The notes under the pieces are model-generated. The model saw only the letters and a list, made by a program, of their open reading frames with translations. It was not told the DNA's origin and did not search any database. This document shows, piece by piece, positions 48,538 through 59,042 of a DNA stretch of 64,000 nt. The first letter of the stretch is position 1. Every line of letters begins with the position of its first letter. The DNA is taken from positions 32,001-96,000 of IMG/VR virus record IMGVR_UViG_3300017774_006254; one strand, written 5' to 3'. This DNA is from a virus. The position numbers and the translations under genes were made by a program.

Positions 48538-49383
48538 ATGAGCCCAGTCTTCTTGATCGACATCTCCTCGTACCTGCATCGCGCAATGCACGTGATTCAC
48601 GGAAAGCTTGCCTCTGAAGCCGATCCGTCAGACATCTCGTTCACCGTTCACGCAGCGAACATGCTCGCCAACACCATGTTTCGACTTCACATCGAAAGAA
48701 TGGCCGTGGTGTTCGACTCGACCGAGCCATCAGCTCGGTGCCAAGTCTACCCGCAGTACAAAGCCGACAGGAAGCCTCACACTCCTGTGTTCGCGGCCCA
48801 GATGCCTCGGTTCATGGCAGCCCTGGCTGACGTCGGAGTAAGCGTCTTCGAAGAACCTACCTTCGAAGCCGACGATATCATCGCGACTCTGGTAGGAGAT
48901 GAAAGAGTTCCGTACTCGATCGTGTCACACGACAAAGACCTGCTTGCTCTTGTCGACGATGCGTCAGAGGTGGCCGTCTACAACCCAACATCTGACAAGT
49001 GGCACCGCATGGATGACATCTTCTCCAAACTGGGAGTGTTTCCATGGCAGTTGCATGACTACATGGGACTAGTCGGAGACACGTCAGATGGAATCCCAGG
49101 CGTTCCTGGGATTGGAGCCAAGACCGCTTCAGCTCTCGTGGTGAAGTACGAAACGCTAGAACGTATCTACAGCGCGGAATGTCGCGAGCTTGTAGAAGAT
49201 GATCTGTCCAAGAAGCAGTTCTCTTCGCTTATTGAGAGCGAGGAAGTGGCTTTCTTGTCCAGGAGTCTAGCCAAGCCAATCATCTGCCCCGAGTTGATTA
49301 TGGTTGGGCATGGGCCCCTCTCTGCGCCGAGTCCCGACAGGATACGAACGGCCGTACAAGACTACGAGAGGAGGAATCGCTGA
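48538..49383 (+). CDS. 5'-3' exonuclease (PolA N-terminal / FEN family)
   Basis: LIDISS, VVFD, YKADR, FEADDII, SHDKDL, LVGDTSDGIPGVPGIGAKTA. Confidence 0.92.
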   Translation: MSPVFLIDISSYLHRAMHVIHGKLASEADPSDISFTVHAANMLANTMFRLHIERMAVVFDSTEPSARCQVYPQYKADRKPHTPVFAAQMPRFMAALADVGVSVFEEPTFEADDIIATLVGDERVPYSIVSHDKDLLALVDDASEVAVYNPTSDKWHRMDDIFSKLGVFPWQLHDYMGLVGDTSDGIPGVPGIGAKTASALVVKYETLERIYSAECRELVEDDLSKKQFSSLIESEEVAFLSRSLAKPIICPELIMVGHGPLSAPSPDRIRTAVQDYERRNR

Positions 49384-52300
49384 TGCCTTTGGTGCGGACG
49401 ACCCACAACTTCGAACTTCCGATGACGCCTCGGAGCCCAGACGTTCGTACCTGGACGCCTCAGATGGGCACGCAAGACCTCGTGTACTCGCTTGCTGTTG
49501 GTGCTTGTGCTCCGACAGCCGAGACACAACTTCAGCGGCGCGCTGTCGAGGCCGTGAGCGTTCCATTGGCCAAGTCAGGAGGCGGCTCTGTCGTCACGAT
49601 GAGACCATACCAGAACGAGGCCATCGAAGCCGTTTCAGCGGCCTGGAAGAGTGGTTCGAAGTCGCCATTGATTGTCTTGCCGACGGCTTGCCACCGTGCC
49701 GGACAAGGCGTCCTCATGATGGATGGAACCGTTAGAAACGTAGAAGACGTGCAAGTGGGAGATGTCCTGCTCGGGCCAGACTCCAGGCCTCGAAATGTCC
49801 TCAAGACGCACCGCGGGTTCGGTCAGATGTTTGAAGTCATCCCTGTAAAAGGAAAGCCCTTTGTCGTGAACGGCGAACACGTGCTCACGCTGTACCGAAC
49901 CCCCCAGAAGCCCAACGCTAAGTACCCAAGTCAAAGATCGGCCATCGTTGACGTGACGGTGAATGATGTACTGACCAAGTCAAAGACATGGCGTCACATT
50001 CACAAACTGATCCGAGCGAGCGATGTAGAGTTTTCCGTCAGAGAGGCCCCGGTCATTCCTCCGTACTTCCTCGGCCTTTACATCGCAGACGGCTCCATGG
50101 CACAGCCCAATCAAGTTGCAGTGTCCAAGCCGGACCCGGAGGTAAGAGCTGCCTGCATGGAGCTTGCGGAAAGCTGGGGACTCAACATGCGAACGGACGT
50201 CGGTGGGAGTGGTTGCCCTTCGCATCACCTCTCAGGACTCACGTCTCCAGGAAAGACTCGCGGAGACAACCATATCCTGACGGAACTTCGCAAGCTTGGC
50301 CTCATGAACATTCCCTCCGAGGAACGCTTCATACCAGACAGTTACAAGTTCGGGTCGATTGCGGTGAGAAGAGAGCTTCTGTCCGGCTTCTTAGACGGAG
50401 ACGGACATCTCCATCGAACTGACTACGACGTCATTACGAAATCGAAGCGACTGTCCGATGACATCGTCTTCGTAGCTCGGAGCCTGGGGCTTGCTTCGTA
50501 TTCCGCTCCTTGCGTGAAGGGGTGCCAGAACGGGTTCATCGGGAATTACTTTCGCGTGACCGTATCCGGGGAAACCTCAAAACTGAAACTGAGGATACCG
50601 CGCAAGCAAGCGCCTCTCAGAGCCCAGAAGAAGAATCCTCTCGTTGCTGGATTCAGCGTGAGAAGACTTGAAGAGGAGCCGTTCTTCGGCTTCACACTTG
50701 ACTCAGATCACCGATACCTGCTTGACGACTTCACGATCACGCACAATTCGGGAAAGACGATCATCTCCGCCGAAATCATGGCTCGCACGTACGCGGGCTC
50801 TGGAGAGAAGAGCCTGTTTATTGCGCATCGTGAGGAACTGCTCACTCAAACGGTCGACAAGGTAAGGCTAGTGAGTCCCAACACTCGCGTTGGGTTGGTG
50901 CAGGGGAAGATTGCAGAGTTCGGCCGCGATGTGACCGTCGCCTCGATTCAAACGGTCGGCCACAGTAGCAAGAAGAAGCTGCGTGAACTCATCGACGGCG
51001 GACCGTACAGAACCATGATCATCGATGAGTGTCATCACGCTACGGGCAAACAGTATCGCGATGTCATCTCCGCGTTGATGGAAGCGAACCCCTCGATGCT
51101 GATCATGGGAATGACAGCAACACCCGGCCGGTCCGATGGCCTAGCTCTCGATGCCGTGTTCGACTCGGTGGCATTCGAGAAGGACATCTTCTCGATGATC
51201 CGCGAGGGATGGCTCGTTCCTCCCGTTGGCTTCGCGCAGAAGATCGATGTCGACCTCGACAAGGTTGCAACAGGTAACGGTGACTACGTATTGAGTCAGC
51301 TGTCGAAATTGATGAACACGCCCAAGGTCAACCGCGCAGTTGTCGAAGCGTGGCAGACGCATGGGCTCGACCGGAAATTCATCGCCTTTGCTTGCGACGT
51401 CGCTCACGCAAAAGCCCTAGCGCAAGAGTTCAACGACAGTGGATACCCCGCAGCGGCCGTCGACGGGAAGATGAAGAAGACGGAACGCAAGAGCATACTC
51501 ACTGCATTCCGCGAAGGCGCATTGAAAATCCTCGTGAACTGCAACATCTTGATCGAGGGGTACGACGATCCAAGCGCCGAAGGAGTCCTCTTCGCGCGCC
51601 CGACACAGAGCCAGGGCCTGCACATCCAGTCGCTCGGAAGAGGACTTCGCCTGTTCCCTGGGAAGACAGAGTGCCTGGTGATCGACTGCGTTGGAAACAG
51701 CGCGAAGCACCGCCCAGTGCAGCTCGCTTCCCTCGTCGGCTTTGATCCGCAAAGGAAGTACAAGGGCTTCGCCGGGTTCGGAAACGAGGAAGAGGAAGAA
51801 ACTGAGAAGCCAGCCGAAGTAGGCGTCGACGATGCTCGACTTGGTCAAGCGTCAGAACTTGGATTCGGATTCGCTCCGCTGAAAAGCACGTACCAGTGGA
51901 GAGAAACTTCTTTGGGGTGGATCATCCAGATACCGAAGATCGGCTACTACCTAGTCGCATGGAGCGACAAGACCAAGGTGATGGCCACGATTCGCTTCTA
52001 TGACCAAAGAAAAGGGCGCAAAACAGACAAGCCTCGCGAGGTGACCCGAATGCCGATCGAGTTCGACATGGCCTATGGGCTTGTTGAAGGAGAACTTGAC
52101 CGAATGTTCCGCGCCAAAGACTTGCGACGCGAGGAGAAGAAGGACGAGACAGGCGCAGACCTCGTCTCGTTCGTCCCGCTCGATGATGGTCTGGATGAAG
52201 ACCTGTCCGTCAGAGAAGAGCAGATGCTCAAGGACGCCGAGTGGCGAAACAAGCCCAAAACAGAGAAGCAGCGAGAGTGCCTCGAATCGCTGGGCGTGAA

Positions 52301-52505
52301 GATGAAGACGATGCCCGAGCTTGCTGGAGAAGCCAGCGACCTAATCACCATTATGCGCGTTGAGAAAGAGCTGAAGATGCGCGTGCCCGCGACGCTGAAG
52401 CAGCTGAACTTCCTTCGCTTCCACGGTATCCCGTTCTCCGAAGACATCACCAAGGGCCAGGCCGCCAAACACATCTGGCTTCATCGAAAGGCGACTGAGG
52501 TATGA
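49383..52505 (+). CDS. SF2 (DExH) helicase containing an intein
   Basis: RPYQ, LPTA|intein|SGKT, IIDECHH, MTATP, EGYD, QSLGRGLR. Confidence 0.92.
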   Translation: MPLVRTTHNFELPMTPRSPDVRTWTPQMGTQDLVYSLAVGACAPTAETQLQRRAVEAVSVPLAKSGGGSVVTMRPYQNEAIEAVSAAWKSGSKSPLIVLPTACHRAGQGVLMMDGTVRNVEDVQVGDVLLGPDSRPRNVLKTHRGFGQMFEVIPVKGKPFVVNGEHVLTLYRTPQKPNAKYPSQRSAIVDVTVNDVLTKSKTWRHIHKLIRASDVEFSVREAPVIPPYFLGLYIADGSMAQPNQVAVSKPDPEVRAACMELAESWGLNMRTDVGGSGCPSHHLSGLTSPGKTRGDNHILTELRKLGLMNIPSEERFIPDSYKFGSIAVRRELLSGFLDGDGHLHRTDYDVITKSKRLSDDIVFVARSLGLASYSAPCVKGCQNGFIGNYFRVTVSGETSKLKLRIPRKQAPLRAQKKNPLVAGFSVRRLEEEPFFGFTLDSDHRYLLDDFTITHNSGKTIISAEIMARTYAGSGEKSLFIAHREELLTQTVDKVRLVSPNTRVGLVQGKIAEFGRDVTVASIQTVGHSSKKKLRELIDGGPYRTMIIDECHHATGKQYRDVISALMEANPSMLIMGMTATPGRSDGLALDAVFDSVAFEKDIFSMIREGWLVPPVGFAQKIDVDLDKVATGNGDYVLSQLSKLMNTPKVNRAVVEAWQTHGLDRKFIAFACDVAHAKALAQEFNDSGYPAAAVDGKMKKTERKSILTAFREGALKILVNCNILIEGYDDPSAEGVLFARPTQSQGLHIQSLGRGLRLFPGKTECLVIDCVGNSAKHRPVQLASLVGFDPQRKYKGFAGFGNEEEEETEKPAEVGVDDARLGQASELGFGFAPLKSTYQWRETSLGWIIQIPKIGYYLVAWSDKTKVMATIRFYDQRKGRKTDKPREVTRMPIEFDMAYGLVEGELDRMFRAKDLRREEKKDETGADLVSFVPLDDGLDEDLSVREEQMLKDAEWRNKPKTEKQRECLESLGVKMKTMPELAGEASDLITIMRVEKELKMRVPATLKQLNFLRFHGIPFSEDITKGQAAKHIWLHRKATEV
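49689..50747 (+). mobile_element. Intein with LAGLIDADG homing endonuclease (353 aa)
   Basis: Starts CHRAGQ and ends ITHN before Ser; LAGLIDADG-like motifs FLGLYIADG and LLSGFLDGDG. Confidence 0.92.
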
Positions 52506-53158
52506 GTTACAACGTTTGGTTCACTGAGCCGTACTTGATTTTGGACACGGAGACGACTGGAACGACGAGCAAAGATCGCGTCGTTCAGCTAGGCCTGTCG
52601 CTGTTTGATCAGGGGAAGCTCATCAAGACCCACTCCGCGATGTTCTGGCCTGGAATTGAGATCCCAGAAGAAGCGACGGCCATCCACGGAATCACAACCG
52701 TGCAAGCTTCTTCTTGTCCTCTCTGGGCGTCGAGCATCGTCGACATCATCCGGCTCTCAAGAGGCGCGAACGTTGGCGCGTATCACGCGGACTTTGATAA
52801 GGACATGATTCACAGGGAGATGTCGCGTGTACCGATGGACCTCTCGATGTTCCCTGTATTTCAGCAAGACCACCGTTGGATCGATCCGCTTGTCTGGGTC
52901 AGACACTTGGACAGGTTCGTAAAGGGCCAAGGCCGCCACAAGCTCGCCGCCACATGCGCGCGAAGAGGGATACCCCTGCTCAACGCCCACGAGGCAGTAG
53001 CCGACTCTACGGCCGCCGGATTCCTCCTGTGGGACATGCGTCACGACATCGGGGAGATGACCGTGAGTGAGCTACTTCGGCAGCAAGCACTACTAGCCGA
53101 AGCCCAGGAACGTCAGTTCCAGGCGTGGAAGGCCAGAGAGAGCAGCATCGGGCGATGA
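52502..53158 (+). CDS. DEDDh 3'-5' exonuclease (DnaQ-like)
   Basis: LDTETTG, YHADFD, AHEAVAD. Confidence 0.9.
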   Translation: MSYNVWFTEPYLILDTETTGTTSKDRVVQLGLSLFDQGKLIKTHSAMFWPGIEIPEEATAIHGITTVQASSCPLWASSIVDIIRLSRGANVGAYHADFDKDMIHREMSRVPMDLSMFPVFQQDHRWIDPLVWVRHLDRFVKGQGRHKLAATCARRGIPLLNAHEAVADSTAAGFLLWDMRHDIGEMTVSELLRQQALLAEAQERQFQAWKARESSIGR

Positions 53159-53742
53159 CAGCTCCCGAAGAACCGGTCGCCGAGATAGAAGCCCTGCGAC
53201 GGCTCGGGGCTCGCACTGGAACTTGCCTTCGATGTGAGAAGAAGTTCATCGTTCCAGCGGTTGGAACATTCATCGTAGACCAGCATCGTTCCGAGGGCGG
53301 ACCGCGGAGCAGATACGCTTGCTCGCTTCAGTGTGCCATTGAGGCTCTCGAATTCATGACCGATGGTTACGTGTGGCGAGACGGATTACTGGGCGGGTAC
53401 CCGTACTACGAAAAATGGCCAACCCTGGAGAGCAAGCTCGGCCTGTGCACAGAGACCGTCAAAGCGAACTTGATAGCTGCTGGCTATCAACTCGAAAGCT
53501 GTCACGCGTGCAAAGAGCGCTATGTCCTCACGTCCACAAATTTTGTTGTCATGGGCTGTGACCCGAGCGTCGACTACGACTTCGACTCTGGGATGATGAT
53601 CGCGTTGCCAGTGTGCTCGTACAAGTGCGGGGCCCATGTTCTAGCAACGGGCCCGTTCGGGGAATCAAGCGTCCTGCTGAGAGGCGACAATCCGGTACTC
53701 GACAGGAGGACTATCGATGGACGCAGACAAGATCGATTTTGA
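53155..53742 (+). CDS. Cys-rich protein with two CxxC...CSxxC units
   Basis: CLRC...CSLQC and CHAC...CSYKC. Confidence 0.55.
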   Translation: MTAPEEPVAEIEALRRLGARTGTCLRCEKKFIVPAVGTFIVDQHRSEGGPRSRYACSLQCAIEALEFMTDGYVWRDGLLGGYPYYEKWPTLESKLGLCTETVKANLIAAGYQLESCHACKERYVLTSTNFVVMGCDPSVDYDFDSGMMIALPVCSYKCGAHVLATGPFGESSVLLRGDNPVLDRRTIDGRRQDRF

Positions 53743-54106
53743 CTGGCGATCCTGGCGATCGCGCCATGAGCAGGTGCTTGCCCTCAATCGCCTTGGAGCA
53801 CACATGTTCGTTTGTGACTGGTGTGGCGAGGTGACCGATGCCGACGCCGTGTGGATTCAAGTCTACTGCGACAGTGGCACATTCGTCCCTGGACATCACT
53901 GCTCTCTCGGATGCGCCGTCGAATATGCGAAGTCGGAATCGGACTCCGCATCCATCACCACGTTCATCTCTTCTTCTGGCTTCCGTCTCGGCACTGGATC
54001 CTTCACAAAAATGGGGCACTTCCTGCTCTCACTAAGCGCTAACGGCGATCACATCTGGATCAAGGAGAGGGTTCGCCAACTTCAAGACTTGGGAGAGCTT
54101 GCGTGA
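53717..54106 (+). CDS. Cys-rich CxxC...CSxxC protein
   Basis: CDWC...CSLGC. Confidence 0.55.
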   Translation: MDADKIDFDWRSWRSRHEQVLALNRLGAHMFVCDWCGEVTDADAVWIQVYCDSGTFVPGHHCSLGCAVEYAKSESDSASITTFISSSGFRLGTGSFTKMGHFLLSLSANGDHIWIKERVRQLQDLGELA

Positions 54107-54423
54107 AGCCGGATTGGAAAGACGTACTTCGAAAAATGGCGTCCGTCGCAATTCCGACGTGTGTCGAATGTAGTTCGGAGTATGATGCAGAGGACAGCTT
54201 TCTCGTGTACGAGAAAACGTCCACAACGCAACGCGTTCACGAGGGTTACTGCTCCATGCACTGCGCTATTCACGCCGCACACAAGATCGATGCTCTCTAC
54301 ATGCGTGTCGGCCCTGCTGTCCTTGTCGACGAGCCATGGGCAACCATCTCCGACGGCGACTGGGATGTCTCTGCCGACGGAAAAGAGAGACTGATCGAAG
54401 AGACCTCCGAGGGCCTGAGGTGA
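54103..54423 (+). CDS. Cys-rich CxxC...CSxxC protein
   Basis: CVEC...CSMHC. Confidence 0.55.
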   Translation: MKPDWKDVLRKMASVAIPTCVECSSEYDAEDSFLVYEKTSTTQRVHEGYCSMHCAIHAAHKIDALYMRVGPAVLVDEPWATISDGDWDVSADGKERLIEETSEGLR

Positions 54424-55568
54424 GCTTCTCATTCGAAGAGAAGGTACGGCTTCTGCGCGAGCTGACGCGCTCTTGTGACGATGCGTACGCGCTTCGTACG
54501 CATAAGAACAACGGATGGTCATGGCGTCCGGTGTACGCGCCACTATCCGACAACGCGATCGCGCTCCATCTCAAAGGCCATATCGAAATAGGGAGCTACG
54601 CGCTCGTGCCGAACGGTAACGGACTACTTCCAAACGTCTGGTGGATCGGCGCCGACTTCGATGGGAAAAAGCAGTACACCGAGTGGGAGCGAGACGTGCA
54701 GAGGACAACCGAGTTCCTCATTGAGACAGGCGCACCGCTGAGCGTGAACCTGTCACGAAGCGGCATGGGCGCCCACATTCGAGTGCTGTTCAAGGAGCCC
54801 GTTCCCGCCTGGATGGCGCGACGATGGTTCAACGCGTGGCTAGAAGAAGCGGAAGTTCTCACCTCTGACGACGACCTACACGACGGAACTCCGCAGAGCT
54901 TTGACCGGTTGATACCGCCTCAGGACTTCTTGACGACCATGATCGAAGCCGACGGCAACAGGTCTGTCGGAAACCTACTCGGATCGCCACTGAACAAGAA
55001 GTGCGCAGAAGAGAACAACGGCGGGTCTTTGGTTCTGGACCCGTACAAGGTCGTAGAAGGAGACTTCACGCCCGACGGAATGCACTGGGAACATGTCGAA
55101 ACGGCCCTCAACAACCGAACCTGGGGCGTCGCGGAACTGCAAAGAGCGCTAGACGATGCACCTGGCTCTCCAGCGTCTACTCCACCGTCGTCCAACTACA
55201 AAACACGACTTCCGATTGTCACAGGAGACAGCGGGCAACTCGGCTACACAATGATGTTCTGCGAGTTCATGCGGCACATGCGCGATCCGCGAAATCAGAC
55301 CTATCAGCTATGGGTCGCCCTGGCCTCACAGCTGCACCGTTTTGGTCCCTCCGGAAACGAGGCGTTTCACATGATCAGTAGCGCCTACTCCGGCTACAAA
55401 GCATCGGAGACTGAGCGCAAGTGGAACGAGACGGCGAACATGCGTCCGATTCGCTGCGACACCCTCGTGTCATGGGGATACCGGTGTCCGCACCTCACGA
55501 CGATCCGCTGCGGGGGCGCGAAATGCCCAACTTATTTCGCCGAACATACGTTCGCAGAAATCCTGTGA
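54420..55568 (+). CDS. AEP-superfamily primase with PriCT-like, Cys-rich C-terminus
   Basis: HLKG..IGSY, ADFD, SRSGMGAH, PPQD; C-terminal W..LA...KW...CDT...CP...C...CP. Confidence 0.75.
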   Translation: MSFSFEEKVRLLRELTRSCDDAYALRTHKNNGWSWRPVYAPLSDNAIALHLKGHIEIGSYALVPNGNGLLPNVWWIGADFDGKKQYTEWERDVQRTTEFLIETGAPLSVNLSRSGMGAHIRVLFKEPVPAWMARRWFNAWLEEAEVLTSDDDLHDGTPQSFDRLIPPQDFLTTMIEADGNRSVGNLLGSPLNKKCAEENNGGSLVLDPYKVVEGDFTPDGMHWEHVETALNNRTWGVAELQRALDDAPGSPASTPPSSNYKTRLPIVTGDSGQLGYTMMFCEFMRHMRDPRNQTYQLWVALASQLHRFGPSGNEAFHMISSAYSGYKASETERKWNETANMRPIRCDTLVSWGYRCPHLTTIRCGGAKCPTYFAEHTFAEIL

Positions 55569-55710
55569 CATCCACCATAGGTAGTAGGAGATATCCACCC
55601 GGAGCACTACGACCAAGCGAATCAACACGGCACGAACTTCGCGCCTCAGTACGGCCCTTGACCGAGCCACATGAGCATGGTTCTGTGCCGATTCACCCAT
55701 AGACGCAAAA

Positions 55711-55745
55711 GCGCCCCAACCAGTTTAGCCGACCAGTTGGGGCGC
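55711..55745 (-). terminator. Possible terminator hairpin on the minus strand
   Basis: Inverted repeat GCGCCCCAAC/GTTGGGGCGC preceded by AAAA on the plus strand. Confidence 0.4.
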
Positions 55746-55857
55746 GGAGCTAAGCAGTGACAACTGCTGAACTCTTTAGACAAAAGAGCATCACCTCAAT
55801 GTCCGACAGCGACGTTAGTACGCCTAATAAGCACTGTCCAGTCCGCCGGGTATTTGC

Positions 55858-58800
55858 TTGTCGTTGAACAGCAATGATCCGTACGACAACCCGTACGGAG
55901 ACTTCGATCCCGACCTGACACGGGCGCACGCACACGAAGCCGCTATCGTGGCGCAAGAACGCGCCCTCGAAGTTCGCTCATGGATCGCACTCCACGCTCA
56001 AGGCGATACGAGCAACATCATCGCTCGGTCGGCTCGCAAAAGCGCCAACTTTTCAGCGGAAAAACTAGACAGGACGGCAAGTCTCGCCCTGGCCTCTTTT
56101 GAAGCCGGAGAAGCTGCGACAGCTCCAGAGGAAAAAGCAGTCGCATACGACGCTGCTATCGAGCACTACATCGCCGCGAACAAGATCTACAGCGAAGTCG
56201 CAGAAAACGCTTACCTCGAAGCAGCCGCAGCAAGACCCGACCCCGCTGAACTACCCATCGTAGAACCACCACTGCCAACCACTCAAGACTGGAAGTCCGT
56301 TTCGTCTCAAGTGAACGTGGAAACCATGCGGTGGGCCGCCAGCGTGCGCGGGCAGACGGGGAAGATGTTGATTCTTCGCCCATCTCCAGGAACAGGAAAA
56401 ACGCACTCGATGTGCGACCTGGCGATTAACGAACAACGACTGCGACAGCGCGTCGTATTTGCTGCTCGCACCAAAGACGTCTTGTGCGAGGAGCTAGAAC
56501 CGCGCGTACGAAAAAGCGGGCCGTTCGTCCGACTGCACGTGATCCAAGGTCGCGACGCAACATCCTGCTGGAACTTCGCCAACGTGGAGGCTGTGCAGCA
56601 GCACGGATACGCCCCAGGTCGGACCGTCTGCTTTTCTTGCGACCACCATCCGCGCGTCGCCTTCTCTGTAGGGGCAAACATCTGCCCCTACTATCAAACG
56701 CGTATTCGCGCGCAGAACGATACGAACTCGGCGCGAAGAGGAATGCACGAGTACCCCATCATCCTTACGACCCACTCCGGATTCCTAGCAGCCGTGGACT
56801 CCGGAGGCGGAATGTACGGCCAGTTCTGGCCGTGCGACACCCTGCTGATCGACGAAGATCCAACGGAATCATTCGAGCCAGAAGTCATCGTGAACCAGCG
56901 CCACGCTGCATTCACGTCAGCGAATCCAGTCGACCGACCGGCAGTCGTGATGGCAGCGATGCTGCGTTCGGCTATCGACCTGGCCAGCATAGAACGCAAG
57001 GCTATGCGTGACACCGCCTGGAAGTCGACAGACGGTGTCCAAAGTCCAATCCACAATCGACTCGGAAGCGTCTACGCAGGACAAGCTCTCCATGACCTCC
57101 TGTCCCGCGTTGCCACCGGTGCCTTTGGTCAACAGTACAACGTGCGAAGCGCCATCCAAGTGCTTCGTGACGTCAGCGACAGCCATGCGCAGCCCGCCGT
57201 CGGCGCGCTCTTCGGGGCAACCACAGCGGCGGCTGTGAGCCTCGTAGTGCCCCCACAGGGCCTCGCAAGGACCGGCGAGGCCCTCTTCGAAGAGATCTCG
57301 ATGCGGGCGAATCTGAGACGCTACGTCTACCAACAAGTCCACGGCCGAGAACTGCCAATCGCCACGGCACCTGAAGTCGAAAAAGAATTGTCGGAGCGAG
57401 TCGAGACGCTAGACACCGCGTATCGAGTCCGACTCGAATTTGCCAGAGACGAATGGAGGTTCGTCGTCCAAGGATTTACAGACATGCGAGACCAGACAGC
57501 CAACGTTGTCGTAGGAGACGCATACGCCCACGTTGAACACTATCGCCAGGTGTTCGATAAGCCTGCAACCACGTCAGACCCCAACTACGTAGACCCGGTC
57601 ACGGTATGCTCGTTGGTTGCGAAGTTCCCGGAAGGAAGCCTTGTCTGGCGCCTTCGAACGCAAGCGAACATCACGCACCTGCTCAACGAAGGATGGCAGG
57701 ACCACGCGGCTATCATCGGGGAGGTTGTAAGCCAGTTGGAGGGCAAGAAGGTACTTGTCTACGGGCACCGGTCCCTCAAAGAGCGCATCGAAAAATTGTT
57801 CGACGATCATGCTGGCTTTGGTACCGACGAGTGGGCGTTCGAGCACTGGTGGGGCGGTCGCGGCAAGGATCATTACCGCGACTTCGACGCTGTACTTCTA
57901 GTGTCAGAACCCATTCAGAACATCGACGGCATGCTGCACAAAGTCAACGCACGTGCTGCCCGAGAGACCGCTCGCTTACTTGCCCAGAACAAGAAAGAAG
58001 AGGCTCTAGTCGAGGGGCAGAAGATCACCTTCTCGACGGGCAAAATGAAGGCTTCTTTTGCTCATACGATGAGGCTCCCTGGCACACATTGGCGCGTGCG
58101 CCAGGAGCACGAAAGACAAAATGTCAGTGAATTGGCGCAAGCTTCTCATCGTGTTCGAGGGCTGATTTCACCCAAGCTGATGGTGATCTTGGGTCAAGAA
58201 ATCGAGCTGACTCGGGACACCATCGCAGCTGCTGTCACGACAGTTCCGGCCAGCCAGCCAGATTCTTCGGGCTCAACGAAGGGTCCCAGCAAGGTGACTG
58301 ATCGGATGATGGACGGCTGCCTGACTGCCGCCGAAGCGTTTGCGTACATGGAGCAAATCGAGGAGCACTTTGGCTGCTGGAGTCCAGCGTTTCTCCATGC
58401 TTTTACTGCTGTTGAGGTATCCAGCGTGCTCGGCGCTATTGGGACCCGAAACTACAAAATGGCACCCAGTTCTTCCTCAGGTGTGACAGGTCGTCATAGT
58501 TCAGGGCGACCTATTATAGAAGAGGCTACTAATAGGTCGCCCTGGACTATGTCAGACTGTCACAGTTGCGGGGCCGTTAGACCTCAACGAGATGATGGAG
58601 ACTCAACCCAGGAAGCGAGTGTTTTGCCCCAGGTCAGACCAGGTCAGATTGTGGATGCAGTCGGACACGGTGCCGGACCCAGTGACCGGGGGACCTGCCA
58701 AGTGTGCCACTCACCTCTCCAACGCGAGGTTGTGCCACTCGCATTGATGCAGCGAGTTTGGTTCCCTCCGACACGGTGGAAGAACCTCTACCAGCTCGCT

Positions 58801-59037
58801 CAAAACAACATGAAGAGACTGCACCAGGCCAGCGGCATGGCTCGCCAAGAATTTAAGTTCCAAGGCAAGTACCGTCCTTCATGGGAAGACAAAGCTCACC
58901 AGGGGTACGCATGGTACTCTCGACACAGTGCCCAACGAGGACACGACTCGTTCGTCGAAATCATGGAATGCCAGTACGGTGTTCACACGACCACGGGACT
59001 TGTTACTCCAAACAAGAAACAGTTCGTTCCGTTTTGA
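55858..59037 (+). CDS. Large helicase-like replication protein
   Basis: Walker A PSPGTGKT, Cys cluster CWN...CFSC...CPYY, Walker B LLIDED, QASHRVR. Confidence 0.65.
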   Translation: MSLNSNDPYDNPYGDFDPDLTRAHAHEAAIVAQERALEVRSWIALHAQGDTSNIIARSARKSANFSAEKLDRTASLALASFEAGEAATAPEEKAVAYDAAIEHYIAANKIYSEVAENAYLEAAAARPDPAELPIVEPPLPTTQDWKSVSSQVNVETMRWAASVRGQTGKMLILRPSPGTGKTHSMCDLAINEQRLRQRVVFAARTKDVLCEELEPRVRKSGPFVRLHVIQGRDATSCWNFANVEAVQQHGYAPGRTVCFSCDHHPRVAFSVGANICPYYQTRIRAQNDTNSARRGMHEYPIILTTHSGFLAAVDSGGGMYGQFWPCDTLLIDEDPTESFEPEVIVNQRHAAFTSANPVDRPAVVMAAMLRSAIDLASIERKAMRDTAWKSTDGVQSPIHNRLGSVYAGQALHDLLSRVATGAFGQQYNVRSAIQVLRDVSDSHAQPAVGALFGATTAAAVSLVVPPQGLARTGEALFEEISMRANLRRYVYQQVHGRELPIATAPEVEKELSERVETLDTAYRVRLEFARDEWRFVVQGFTDMRDQTANVVVGDAYAHVEHYRQVFDKPATTSDPNYVDPVTVCSLVAKFPEGSLVWRLRTQANITHLLNEGWQDHAAIIGEVVSQLEGKKVLVYGHRSLKERIEKLFDDHAGFGTDEWAFEHWWGGRGKDHYRDFDAVLLVSEPIQNIDGMLHKVNARAARETARLLAQNKKEEALVEGQKITFSTGKMKASFAHTMRLPGTHWRVRQEHERQNVSELAQASHRVRGLISPKLMVILGQEIELTRDTIAAAVTTVPASQPDSSGSTKGPSKVTDRMMDGCLTAAEAFAYMEQIEEHFGCWSPAFLHAFTAVEVSSVLGAIGTRNYKMAPSSSSGVTGRHSSGRPIIEEATNRSPWTMSDCHSCGAVRPQRDDGDSTQEASVLPQVRPGQIVDAVGHGAGPSDRGTCQVCHSPLQREVVPLALMQRVWFPPTRWKNLYQLAQNNMKRLHQASGMARQEFKFQGKYRPSWEDKAHQGYAWYSRHSAQRGHDSFVEIMECQYGVHTTTGLVTPNKKQFVPF

Positions 59038-59042
59038 GGCCT

